Assembly (NCBI GenBank): GCA_002788805.1
Contig: PFRZ01000009.1
Span: 1,464 to 65,463, forward strand
DNA length: 64,000 nt
Source of the DNA: Candidatus Roizmanbacteria bacterium CG_4_9_14_0_2_um_filter_35_15
Lineage (GTDB): Bacteria; Patescibacteriota; Microgenomatia; UBA1406; GWC2-37-13
Direction of reading: 5' to 3'
The notes under the pieces are model-generated. The model was not told the DNA's origin and searched no databases. It was given only the letters and a program-made list of their open reading frames with translations. A program made the position numbers and the translations under genes. Position 1 is the first letter of the stretch; each line of letters opens with the position of its first letter. Positions 32,004 to 41,219 of the stretch are shown here, piece after piece.

Positions 32004-33815
32004 ATGAACAAAAAACAATCAAATTTAATCTTATTAGGTGTATCATTAGCAGCCTTAATTTATTTTTTTATTATTAGTCCGATTGTTAATATAAAATCAA
32101 AAGCTAATGTGCTATTGGCGTCGGCTAAGGAGTTAAAACAGGTTTTTGCCAAAAATGATATTAGTCTTTTGAAGACAAAACTAGGAGACTTTTCTAAGCA
32201 ATACGCAGATTTTGAAAAATCCGCTAAATCGATCTACTGGGCTTCTTTTATTCCTTATGTTTCTGATTTTAAAAACGGAGTTGAAGCGGGTAGCTATATG
32301 GTTAAAGCAGGAGTGGATACAGTGAATGCTATAGAGCCATATGCAGATCTAATCGGTTTTAAAAAAGGGGAATCTTCTTTTGTTGAAAAATCAGCCGAAG
32401 ATAGATTGCAGATGGCTGTTTTGACATTAGATAAATTAGTGCAAAAAATTGATCCAATTACAACAGATATTGATATGGCTAATTCAAAAATCGCCAAAAT
32501 AAACCCCAATCGTTACCCAAAAAAGCTGGGGAAGATGATAATCAGGGACAATATTATCAATATCAAAGAACAGTTTGAAGGAACGGCTTCTTTATTTGTC
32601 AATGCGAAGCCGCTCATTAAGAAATTACCAGAAATCTTAGGGTCAGATGAAGAAAAAACTTACCTGATTCTTTACCAAAACGACAAAGAAAGAAGGGCTA
32701 CCGGAGGTTTCCTGACTTTTTACGCGGTGTTCAAGATAAAAAACGACAAAATGACGATAGATCAATCTAATGACACTTATTCTTTAGATGAGACGATTGC
32801 CAACCATCCCAAAGCACCCCGGGAAATCCTTACTTATCACAAGGACGTTAGCGTATTTAACATTCGTGACAGCAACCTGTCACCTGACTTTGTTGAGTCG
32901 GTCAAACTGTTTGAAAGTCTTTACCAAAAAAGCGGTGCCAGAGTAAAATACGACGGCATCATCGCCATGGATTCAAAAATTTTAGTTGATATGTTGACGA
33001 TTTTTGGCGATACCCAGGTTGGCGGAGTTAATTTTTCCGCCAAAGAAGATAAAAGGTGTGACTGTCCAGAAGCGATTTATACCCTGTTTGACATCGTCGA
33101 TCGACCGGTGGGCTATTTTAAGGAAAACAGAAAAGGAATCTTAGGAGATTTAATGTATGCTCTTTTTTATAAAGCCATTGGCTATTCGCCTTCTAAATAT
33201 TGGGGGACATTAATGCAAACAATGTACAAAAATTTGGAAGAAAAACACATTCTTCTGTATTTTGTCGATCCAGAACTACAAAAATCAGTGGAGCAAATTA
33301 ACTTTGCTGGCAGGATAAATGATTATCAAGGCGACTACCTTCATATTAATTCTGTTAATTTCGCTGGAGCCAAGGCTAATCTATTTGTCTCTGAAGAAGT
33401 TAACTCGGTAACCAAAGGAAAAAGTCGGGAAGTGACGGTTAATTTCCGAAATCCATATCCTCACTCTGATTGTAATCTAGAACGGGGAGGATTATGCCTC
33501 AATGCCACTTTGCGAAACTGGATTAGAATTTATGTTCCCAGAGATTCAACCTTAGAAAGTTTTCAAGGTTCGCAGAAGAAGGTCCAGACTTATGACAAAT
33601 TGGGTAAAACCATTTTTGAAGGCTACCTTGAAGTACCTACTCAAGGCAAAGCAACGGTTATTGTTAAGTATACTTTACCTTCAGGGCTATCTACCGACTC
33701 AATGATGATTCAAAAACAACCAGGAGTCGAAAACCAAAAATGGTTGATTGAGGTAAATGGAAAAAAATTTTTTGATGGCATTTTGGAAACGGATAAAGAG
33801 ATAAAGGTAAAATAA
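32004..33815 (+). CDS. DUF4012 domain membrane-anchored protein
   Basis: N-terminal TM helix; YLILYQNDKERRATGGFLTFYAVFKI. The ATG start is preceded by AAGGAG; the track's GTG start was rejected. Confidence 0.7.
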   Translation: MNKKQSNLILLGVSLAALIYFFIISPIVNIKSKANVLLASAKELKQVFAKNDISLLKTKLGDFSKQYADFEKSAKSIYWASFIPYVSDFKNGVEAGSYMVKAGVDTVNAIEPYADLIGFKKGESSFVEKSAEDRLQMAVLTLDKLVQKIDPITTDIDMANSKIAKINPNRYPKKLGKMIIRDNIINIKEQFEGTASLFVNAKPLIKKLPEILGSDEEKTYLILYQNDKERRATGGFLTFYAVFKIKNDKMTIDQSNDTYSLDETIANHPKAPREILTYHKDVSVFNIRDSNLSPDFVESVKLFESLYQKSGARVKYDGIIAMDSKILVDMLTIFGDTQVGGVNFSAKEDKRCDCPEAIYTLFDIVDRPVGYFKENRKGILGDLMYALFYKAIGYSPSKYWGTLMQTMYKNLEEKHILLYFVDPELQKSVEQINFAGRINDYQGDYLHINSVNFAGAKANLFVSEEVNSVTKGKSREVTVNFRNPYPHSDCNLERGGLCLNATLRNWIRIYVPRDSTLESFQGSQKKVQTYDKLGKTIFEGYLEVPTQGKATVIVKYTLPSGLSTDSMMIQKQPGVENQKWLIEVNGKKFFDGILETDKEIKVK

Positions 33816-33845
33816 TTAAAATATTTTTGTTCCTTATTGCTCAAT

Positions 33846-35183
33846 ATGATCGAAGGAGAAACTGTAAATATAGGTAATAGTAAACAGATGATATTAGCTA
33901 GAATGAGTTACCTTAGGTATGCACAGGTTAACGATCGTAGTAAATCTACACCAGTTATTAGTTTAACGACACAGTTTGAAGATTTAAGGCGAGAAATAAC
34001 CCCCTTAGTTAACAGGCCATTTCTAGGAATCAGTTATGATTCTACTATTCCAGAACCTGAATATTCTTCAGAATATCTCTCTTTGGTGCAAAATTTGTCC
34101 TATTTGTTTTCGAGAGAAGATGGACGACCCGCTTTAATTACTAATTTAAATCAAATAAGAAGTTCTTTACCTCCAGAAACACTATTATCTGTACTTTTAC
34201 CAGACGGAGGTATTAGAATAGTTAAAATCGCTGACATTAAACATGATTCACTGGTTTACTTAAATCGCGACGATGAGACTGTGAGACAATTGCTCGGCGA
34301 TAAAGTAAATGAATGCTTATTGCCAACAGATATTAGTGCTATTAAGTTACCTACATATATTAGGTTTGATAGAGAACAGCCATTAAGAGAAGGAGCCAAT
34401 AATTATATTGTTAAAGCCACAATAACTGAAGAAAACGAATTACACATCCCAGTTGGAACGAGCGTTGCACTAAAAATTCCTCGCCACACTGGAAATAGTC
34501 TACAAAATAAAATGAATCAGGACGAAGTAGATGTATTAAAACAATTAGAAGCAAATAGTGGTTATCAATGGCTACCAAAAGATCTCTCTCGTCCTGTTAA
34601 AGCTTATGGTTCAGTCAATTTACAAGACCTATATATTGGAATACTTGAATGGTTAGATGGAAAATCAGTGCTTGATTTAGTTCTGGAACAAGCAAAAAAA
34701 AGCTTTAATATTAAAAAAACTTTAAATTTAGCAATTAGAGTTTTAGGTTCTTATAAACCTCTTATTTTTACTAGATACCATGGTGATCTAACAGATTCAA
34801 CAAATTCATTAGGGATAAATTGGGGAAATGTTTTAGCGATTCCCATTGGTGATAGTTATGGAATCAGATTAGTTGATTTTTCAAACTCAGATAATGTTAC
34901 GGAAAATATTAGGACCCGAGAACATGTAGAAGAAGATATTATTAGCTTAGCCACAATAGCCCATTCATTGATTAGAGCAGAGGGAACAGATATTAATATA
35001 GCCCCAGCTTTAGTAGATTTTTTAAGAATGAAAATGATAGACGATAAAGAACCAATCATGGAATTAGCTTCTAGAATTGACAAGGTTGTTGGGCAAAATG
35101 CGCCTTTTCCAGAGAGGTATCAAAACGCTATAGGGCTTGTACATCTTGCTAACGGATACTTACAAAGAGAGGATATTAATTGA
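33846..35183 (+). CDS. Acidic orphan protein with a C-terminal protein-kinase-like/APH-like motif set
   Basis: VALKIPRH (VAIK-like), YHGDLTDSTN..N (HGDxxxxN-like), LVDFSNS (DFG-like). No family recognised for the N-terminal ~190 aa. Confidence 0.45.
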   Translation: MIEGETVNIGNSKQMILARMSYLRYAQVNDRSKSTPVISLTTQFEDLRREITPLVNRPFLGISYDSTIPEPEYSSEYLSLVQNLSYLFSREDGRPALITNLNQIRSSLPPETLLSVLLPDGGIRIVKIADIKHDSLVYLNRDDETVRQLLGDKVNECLLPTDISAIKLPTYIRFDREQPLREGANNYIVKATITEENELHIPVGTSVALKIPRHTGNSLQNKMNQDEVDVLKQLEANSGYQWLPKDLSRPVKAYGSVNLQDLYIGILEWLDGKSVLDLVLEQAKKSFNIKKTLNLAIRVLGSYKPLIFTRYHGDLTDSTNSLGINWGNVLAIPIGDSYGIRLVDFSNSDNVTENIRTREHVEEDIISLATIAHSLIRAEGTDINIAPALVDFLRMKMIDDKEPIMELASRIDKVVGQNAPFPERYQNAIGLVHLANGYLQREDIN

Positions 35184-35241
35184 GTCTTTTTTTGTCAGTT
35201 TGAGCATAGCGAAGAACTTCATGATAGCGTAAAATATATAA

Positions 35242-35766
35242 ATGCCAAGAACATTTAAAACAGAAGCCTTAGTTTTAAGAAAGAAAAACCTTTTAAACAG
35301 AGACGTTTTGGTCAGCCTGTTTTCGGAAAGGAACGGAAAAGTCATCGTTATTGCCAAAGGAGTGAAAAAGTTGACCAGCCGTCGTTCACCTCATCTTCAA
35401 ACTGGCAACTTAATCAATGTTCAACTGCATAAAAAAAACGACCGGATTTATCTAGAAGAGAGTAATCTTATCTCTGGGTTTACCGAACTAAAAAAAGACC
35501 AAGAAAAGATTAATATTCTCTATCAATTCTTTTTTGTTTTGGAGAAGTTACTGCCAGAGCTCCAGAAAGAAGAAGCGGTCTACAATCTGACCAAGTCGTT
35601 TTTGGTCAAGCTGTCAAAATTAGAAGACAAAAAAAGCATTCTGACAGTTTATTTTAACAAACTTCTGAGGCTTTTAGGTTATACGAAAAAAGATCACGAC
35701 TTTATTGAGCTTCGATTAATTATCTCCGAATTAATTAATGAAAAATTACCCTGGTTTAGTATATAA
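35242..35766 (+). CDS. recO: DNA repair protein RecO, short form without Cys/zinc motif
   Basis: TEALVLRKKNLLNRDVLVSLFSERNGKVIVIAKGVKK (OB-fold N-terminus); 174 aa. Confidence 0.7.
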   Translation: MPRTFKTEALVLRKKNLLNRDVLVSLFSERNGKVIVIAKGVKKLTSRRSPHLQTGNLINVQLHKKNDRIYLEESNLISGFTELKKDQEKINILYQFFFVLEKLLPELQKEEAVYNLTKSFLVKLSKLEDKKSILTVYFNKLLRLLGYTKKDHDFIELRLIISELINEKLPWFSI

Positions 35767-35773
35767 TGAACTA

Positions 35774-35886
35774 TGAGTCCTCGGACGCGTCTTTTCGCTT
35801 ATGCATCAAGCTAGTAGGCTTTGTCTCAGATTATATAGTTGGCAGCAACGCGTGACATAAGCTTAAATCCGCATCCTTCGGACTCA
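35774..35886 (+). ncRNA. Candidate structured RNA or cis-regulatory leader upstream of glyQS, class unknown
   Basis: ~47% GC by hand count against an AT-rich background. UGAGUCC (35774-80) pairs with GGACUCA (35880-86). ACGCGU (35785-90) pairs with ACGCGU (35848-53). GCUUAUG (35797-803) pairs with CAUAAGC (35856-62). Confidence 0.3.
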
Positions 35887-35893
35887 ATCATAT

Positions 35894-37240
35894 ATGGAAA
35901 AAATAGTTGCTTTAGCTAAAAGACGAGGTTTTATCTATCAAGGAAGTGAAATATATGAAGGAATTACTGGTTTCTGGGATTATGGTCCTTTAGGAGTCGA
36001 ATTCAAGAACAATTTAAAGCGGGAATGGTGGAAGTATATGGTTTATGATAGAGAAAATATCGTTGGTATTGATGCAGCAATAATTATGAATCCTAAGGTT
36101 TGGGAAGCGTCAGGTCATTTGAAGGCCTTTACAGATCCGTTAGTTGAATGTAAGAAGTGTAATAAACGTTTCAGAAAAGATAAATTTGATGAGTATTGGG
36201 AAGATTTTTACAAGAAGGTAGGAAGAGGTGGGGTGAAAGCATTAAGTAAACAATATGAAGATATTTATTATTGTATTGATAGAAAAAATCCTCATAAAGA
36301 AGAAGATTTAACTCAGGAAAAAAAGTTTAATTTAATGACAGAAGTATTCCTCGGCGTTACCGAACCAAAACAGAAGACTTATCTTCGTGGAGAGATAACG
36401 CAAGGTGTATTCGTAAATTTTAAAAACATTGTTGATTCTTCAAGGGTAAAAATCCCTTTTGGAATAGCACAAATTGGTAAAGCTTTTCGTAATGAAATCA
36501 CTCCTGGAAATTTTACTTATCGATCTCGTGAGTTTGAACAAATGGAACTTGAGTTTTTTATCAAGCCAAATGAAAAAGAAGGTGAAAAATGGTTCTCATT
36601 TTGGAAAGAAGAAAGAATGAAATGGTATAAATTATTAGGTATAAAGTCAGAGAATCTAAGATTTAGAAATCATGAACAAGACGAAAGAGCCCACTATGCC
36701 CGTTTTGCTACAGATATTGAGTATAAATCTCCTTTTGGTTGGAGTGAGTTTGAAGGAATACATCATCGAGGCGATTTCGATCTAACAAATCATAATTTAA
36801 AATATAAGGATCCCGAAATAGAAGAAGAATATACACCTTGGGTTATTGAAACCTCTGGAGGAGTCGATAGAGCAATGTTATTTTTCTTGGTTGATGCATA
36901 TCACGAGGAAGAAAAACGAATAGTTTTAAAACTTCATCCAAAATTAGCGCCAGTTAAAGTAGCGGTTTTTCCATTGGTTCGAAATAAGAAAGATATAGTT
37001 TCCAAAGCAAAATCAGTTTACAAAATGTTAAAAGCTCATTTTGTTACGGCCTTTGATGACAGAGGTAATATCGGAAAAAGATACCTGGCCCAGGACGAAA
37101 TCGGGACGCCTTTTTGTGTTACTATTGATTATGAGACGTTAGGCAAGCAAACGGTAACAATTAGAGATAGAGATACGATGAAGCAGGAGAGAGTGAACAT
37201 TGATAAATTAGAAGATTATATTAAGGAAAAATTGACCTAA
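35894..37240 (+). CDS. glyQS: Glycine--tRNA ligase (alpha2 dimeric type)
   Basis: RRGFIYQGSEIYEGITGFWDYGPLG, FRNEITPGNFTYRSREFEQMELEFF, GGVDRA. Confidence 0.93.
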   Translation: MEKIVALAKRRGFIYQGSEIYEGITGFWDYGPLGVEFKNNLKREWWKYMVYDRENIVGIDAAIIMNPKVWEASGHLKAFTDPLVECKKCNKRFRKDKFDEYWEDFYKKVGRGGVKALSKQYEDIYYCIDRKNPHKEEDLTQEKKFNLMTEVFLGVTEPKQKTYLRGEITQGVFVNFKNIVDSSRVKIPFGIAQIGKAFRNEITPGNFTYRSREFEQMELEFFIKPNEKEGEKWFSFWKEERMKWYKLLGIKSENLRFRNHEQDERAHYARFATDIEYKSPFGWSEFEGIHHRGDFDLTNHNLKYKDPEIEEEYTPWVIETSGGVDRAMLFFLVDAYHEEEKRIVLKLHPKLAPVKVAVFPLVRNKKDIVSKAKSVYKMLKAHFVTAFDDRGNIGKRYLAQDEIGTPFCVTIDYETLGKQTVTIRDRDTMKQERVNIDKLEDYIKEKLT

Positions 37241-37260
37241 TTAGAAATTCTAATCTAAAT

Positions 37261-37716
37261 ATGAAAATCAATAAGAATGTTCTGATTATTGGTGCGGTCT
37301 TGTTAGTTTTATTAGCTATTGGTTATTGGTTATTGGGAAGAAAAAATATTCCCAAAAATAATCAAGAAACAATTTCTCCAACCGAAATTGTCCTTCCAAC
37401 GATAGACAGTTCGGTCAAGGTCGATTTACAGTCGGTTTCTGGTGGTAAAGACGTGACATTATCGATCAACAATATTCCTTCTGGAACTGACTCGGTTGAC
37501 TATGAACTTTCTTATCAGACCGCTCAACAAGGTATCCAAGGAGTAATCGGGACAATTGACGTTTCCAATCAAAGCGATTACGAGAAAAAAATTACTTTAG
37601 GAACCTGTTCATCAGGTACCTGTGTCTATCATCAGGTAGTGGGAAAGATAAAATTGACTCTTAAATTTACTGGAGATTATGGAGAAAAGTTATTTGAGAA
37701 AGAATACGAACTATAA
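37261..37716 (+). CDS. Hypothetical secreted or membrane-anchored protein
   Basis: N-terminal signal/TM helix (VLIIGAVLLVLLAIGYWLL). No recognisable family. Confidence 0.55.
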   Translation: MKINKNVLIIGAVLLVLLAIGYWLLGRKNIPKNNQETISPTEIVLPTIDSSVKVDLQSVSGGKDVTLSINNIPSGTDSVDYELSYQTAQQGIQGVIGTIDVSNQSDYEKKITLGTCSSGTCVYHQVVGKIKLTLKFTGDYGEKLFEKEYEL

Positions 37717-37750
37717 ATTTTTGATATTTAATATTTAATCTTTAATATTT
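37717..37750 (+). repeat. Family D 8-nt-period repeat (tttttgatatttaatatttaatctttaatattt)
   Basis: A near-identical inverted copy lies at 60227-60260. Confidence 0.7.
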
Positions 37751-37774
37751 ACAAAGGGGGTGCGTTAGCATACT

Positions 37775-38026
37775 ATGCCAATCATCAAATCAGCTAAAAA
37801 AAAACTAAGACAGGATAAAAAAAGAAGCAAACAAAACTTCTTATACATTAAAGCTTATAAAGAGACTTTAAGGATAATTAAAAAAGGAGGAAAAGGCATT
37901 AAAGAATTAGTCAGTCGGTTTTATTCTCAAGTCGATAAAGCGGCTAAGGTTAAAGTCATTCATAAGAATAAAGCAAAGAGATTAAAATCTGAAGTCAGTA
38001 AATTGATTAATAAAAATAAAAAATGA
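37775..38026 (+). CDS. rpsT: 30S ribosomal protein S20
   Basis: MPIIKSAKKKLRQDKKRSKQN; AAAGGGGG SD-like sequence upstream. Confidence 0.9.
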   Translation: MPIIKSAKKKLRQDKKRSKQNFLYIKAYKETLRIIKKGGKGIKELVSRFYSQVDKAAKVKVIHKNKAKRLKSEVSKLINKNKK

Positions 38027-38553
38027 AGTATAGAATTAATCTTCTTCCTCAAAAAGAAACTCCTTTAACGGAGAAAATCGTTTATTTTGCCTTGAACTAT
38101 CTAAGATATATCATCGTGATTACTCAATTAGTGGTAATCGCGGTCTTTTTCTATCGTTTTCAAATCGATCAAAAAATAATTGATCTCAAAGAATCGGTTG
38201 ATCAAAAAAAAGAGATTCTTCAGATTGTTTTACCATTATTGAATCAAGCAAGTAATATCGATAAAAAAACCATGGCGGTTAAAGATATCTTTATTAAACA
38301 ACAAACCTTTCAAGAAATGTTAAAATATTTATTATCGATCTTTCCTAGCGCAATTAACCTAACTGATTTTGAAGCGAGCGTCGATAGTCTAAAGTTAACA
38401 GGAGTTTCAACTGACTCTCACCAACTTCAGTCTTTTTATTTTCTTTTAAAAAAAGACAATAAGTTTGATAATGTTAATCTTGATAGTATTAAAAAAATTG
38501 AAAATGGTTATAGTTTCAAAATAAATCTCAATGGATTTAACAAAGATAAATAA
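38023..38553 (+). CDS. PilN-like type IV pilus assembly protein
   Basis: N-terminal YRINLLPQKE motif followed by one TM helix. Confidence 0.6.
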   Translation: MKYRINLLPQKETPLTEKIVYFALNYLRYIIVITQLVVIAVFFYRFQIDQKIIDLKESVDQKKEILQIVLPLLNQASNIDKKTMAVKDIFIKQQTFQEMLKYLLSIFPSAINLTDFEASVDSLKLTGVSTDSHQLQSFYFLLKKDNKFDNVNLDSIKKIENGYSFKINLNGFNKDK

Positions 38554-39100
38554 AACAATTTTTTCCAAGAAGACCAAGGACTATACTTTTATTATTTTAT
38601 TTTTGTTGATATTCTCTATTTTTATTTTTTTTGCTGTTAAGCCATCGTTAACAACCGCTGTTTCTTTAAAAAAAGAAGAGTTCGATTTACAAAGGGTTGA
38701 CTTACTCTATGAAAAGAAGATTACCAATATCAGTTTAATTCAATCTCAAATCGAAGAAAATCGCGATAACCTGCCTCTTTTGGATGAAGCAATGTCTCAT
38801 TACCCTGAAGTTAATAAAATAGTCGAAGATGTAAAAAGGATTGCTGACAAAAACAATCTTTTTATTAAAAACGCCAACATCACTGATGTTAATTTATTCA
38901 AAAAAGAGGAAAAACTTGATAAGGTTCAATTGATGTTAGAGGGAAGAGCCTCTTTTAATGACACAGTCAATTTTATTACTGATATTTTTAATCAAAGGAG
39001 AATAAAGACAGTTGATAAATTAACCATAAGTCATGACAAAGAAGCGACCGGAGACGCTAATCTTAAAGTAGTATTAATTATTAACGGTTATTATTTATGA
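38531..39100 (+). CDS. PilO-like membrane protein
   Basis: Single N-terminal TM helix, coiled-coil, then an alpha/beta domain; position after the PilN-like gene. Confidence 0.45.
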   Translation: MDLTKINKTIFSKKTKDYTFIILFLLIFSIFIFFAVKPSLTTAVSLKKEEFDLQRVDLLYEKKITNISLIQSQIEENRDNLPLLDEAMSHYPEVNKIVEDVKRIADKNNLFIKNANITDVNLFKKEEKLDKVQLMLEGRASFNDTVNFITDIFNQRRIKTVDKLTISHDKEATGDANLKVVLIINGYYL

Positions 39101-39282
39101 ATAAAAAAGAATTACTTTTACTGTCAATTGGGATTTTTTTAACAGCTTTATCATGGCTAGTGGCTGATATTTATCATGCCGCCTCTGAAGATAAGATCAA
39201 AGCAAAGATAGAAATACCAATAATAAAAAATTATCAGATTGATAAAAATATTTTAGACAGTTTACAGTTAAAAAATTACTAA
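39097..39282 (+). CDS. Small single-pass membrane protein
   Basis: LLLLSIGIFLTALSWLVADIY; translationally coupled to its neighbours. Confidence 0.45.
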   Translation: MNKKELLLLSIGIFLTALSWLVADIYHAASEDKIKAKIEIPIIKNYQIDKNILDSLQLKNY

Positions 39283-39283
39283 G

Positions 39284-40549
39284 ATGGTCTATTCTCAACT
39301 TTATTTTAAAGAAAAAAATAAGATATCAACCTTGGTGTGGATATTCTTGGTTTTATTGATAGGCATTTTCTTTACAGGATTATTGACTAAGACGGTCACA
39401 CCTCGCTATTCCCGTGCTTCGCAAAATGCGATGACTAGGTTTGAAATTGTTAACTTAACTTCTACTCAAGCAACTATTTATTGGCAGACCGCTAATAAGG
39501 TAAAGAGTTTTCTTTTTTATGGCGAAGAATCAAATAATCAAAAAATGGTACTTGATGAAAGAGATGTTAACACTATAGAAAAAAGTAGTTATTATAATCA
39601 TTTCACTATTTTGAAAGAATTAAAACCAGGAAAAAAATATTTTTTCAAGCCGGTAATAGAAAAACAAATTGTTACTAAACCTGACGGAAGCGACTATACT
39701 TTTAAAACTCCAGTTGATAATAAGATAGAAAATCCTCTAGCCATTGTTTCAGGAGTTGTCCAACAACAAAATCTGCAATCGGCCGAAGGAGCAATAGTTA
39801 TCTTAAGCGTCAAAGACTGTTTTCCTTTATTTACTTTATCTAAATCGAAAGGTGATTGGTTGATTCCTTTAACTAATTTTTATGATAGGAACAGTCTGGA
39901 ACAAAAAACTTTGACTGTTAACGAAACAGTAAAGATAGAAATTATCAACGAAGACAGTAAAAAAATCAATATCGATGGTACATTAAAAACTATTTCACCC
40001 CTACCGCAGACAGTTATTCTTGGCAATGATTATAAATTTTTAGGGGAAGAAAAAGTCTTAGGTATAACCACTGATAACTCCAATCAAAAAAATAAAATAG
40101 CAATTATTTATCCAGACGAAGAAGGAAAAGTTATTTCAGGAAGAGTACCTCTTATCAAAGGAACGGCTTTTCCTAAAAAGGAAATAGATTTAACCATTAA
40201 ATCAAAAAAAACTTTGACGGCAAAGATTTTTGCCTCATCTGACGGCAGTTGGAGTTATGTGCCTCTAGAAGACTTAGAGATTGGTCAGCAGATACTGATT
40301 ATTAAAACTACTGACGACAGTAATAATGAGGTGACTTTGCAAAGAAAATTTATCATTACTGGCAATCAAGCAATTGAAGGAAAAGTCTTAGGAGTGGCGA
40401 GCGGCGAACCGACATTAATTGTTTCTTATCCAACGCTGACGACTATTCCGACGAGCACTCCTCCTATTTCAGGTGGGACTGTTTTTTCTTTCATGGTGAT
40501 AAGTTTTTCCTTAATAATAACTGGATTAGGAATTCTTCTTGCTTTTTAA
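39284..40549 (+). CDS. Surface protein with an FN3-like N-terminal module and a C-terminal PPISGG + hydrophobic anchor
   Basis: RFEIVNLTSTQATIYWQTANKVKSFLFYG (FN3/PAP-N-like). The C-terminus is TSTPPISGGTVFSFMVISFSLIITGLGILLAF. Confidence 0.5.
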   Translation: MVYSQLYFKEKNKISTLVWIFLVLLIGIFFTGLLTKTVTPRYSRASQNAMTRFEIVNLTSTQATIYWQTANKVKSFLFYGEESNNQKMVLDERDVNTIEKSSYYNHFTILKELKPGKKYFFKPVIEKQIVTKPDGSDYTFKTPVDNKIENPLAIVSGVVQQQNLQSAEGAIVILSVKDCFPLFTLSKSKGDWLIPLTNFYDRNSLEQKTLTVNETVKIEIINEDSKKINIDGTLKTISPLPQTVILGNDYKFLGEEKVLGITTDNSNQKNKIAIIYPDEEGKVISGRVPLIKGTAFPKKEIDLTIKSKKTLTAKIFASSDGSWSYVPLEDLEIGQQILIIKTTDDSNNEVTLQRKFIITGNQAIEGKVLGVASGEPTLIVSYPTLTTIPTSTPPISGGTVFSFMVISFSLIITGLGILLAF

Positions 40550-40574
40550 AACAATTATTCTATACAATTAAATT

Positions 40575-41216
40575 ATGAACTTATTCTCAATCTTAAGTTA
40601 TCTCAATAAATTAAGTCTTTTAGCTTTTATCGTCACCTTAGTCGCCTTAGGTTACCAACTTTATCTTCTTAAAAAAGAAAACAAAGTAAAAAAAAGCGAT
40701 CCTCTTATTCCAAAATTTAGAGAAGAAATCACAACAGAAATACCCAACTACACAAAACTTAATCCTGCTTTATTAACCTCTAATAAAAACAACAAAAATA
40801 AGTGGCTTTATCTCGCGATATTTTTTTCCTTTTTTCTCGTTCTTGTTATTTTTTTACTAATAATAAAAAAGTCAGAGCAAAAGCCAACCGCCAACCCGAG
40901 TCAGTTAGTGAAATATATTACCTCAATTGGTATCAAAGTCTATAATAATAATTGGATTGAATTAAAAGATAGTGAAATTAAGAAATTAAGACCAGGAAAC
41001 AGAATCGTTATCGGTATCGAAACCATCAAAGATAACAATATTGATAAGGCGCGGATAAGAGTTAATAGTAATCGCTGGGTTGATAAAGATGTGACCGATA
41101 AGCTTAATCAGGCAAAAAATGTTTTCTATCGAGAATACATTATTGCCAGTGATGATTCAGCTTTAAAAATTGAGGCGGAGTTACATTCAGTAACCGATAA
41201 CTGGTTAAGTCAATAA
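40575..41216 (+). CDS. Hypothetical two-TM membrane protein
   Basis: Two hydrophobic helices; no recognisable family. Confidence 0.5.
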   Translation: MNLFSILSYLNKLSLLAFIVTLVALGYQLYLLKKENKVKKSDPLIPKFREEITTEIPNYTKLNPALLTSNKNNKNKWLYLAIFFSFFLVLVIFLLIIKKSEQKPTANPSQLVKYITSIGIKVYNNNWIELKDSEIKKLRPGNRIVIGIETIKDNNIDKARIRVNSNRWVDKDVTDKLNQAKNVFYREYIIASDDSALKIEAELHSVTDNWLSQ

Positions 41217-41219
41217 TCT

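Noticed and set aside
26813-33815. The glycan cluster (GT2, GT4, GT4, ManC-like, priming transferase, DUF4012) as a novel system.
   Set aside because: The composition is typical of envelope polysaccharide loci. Only the repeat insertions and the downstream kinase-like orphan seemed unusual, and these are reported separately.
35242-35766. Short RecO (174 aa, no Cys motif) as a pseudogene.
   Set aside because: The ORF is intact with a good OB-fold N-terminus. Compact proteins are common in reduced genomes, and there is no evidence of a frameshift.
35774-35886. T-box leader, glycine riboswitch, tRNA, 5S or SRP RNA as the identity of the GC-rich island upstream of glyQS.
   Set aside because: - It is too short for a T-box and lacks the conserved T-box sequence.
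- It has no glycine-riboswitch ACCGAAGGGGCAA-like core.
- It has no T-loop GTTCRANYC or cloverleaf.
- It has no 5S or SRP conserved motifs that I can recognise.
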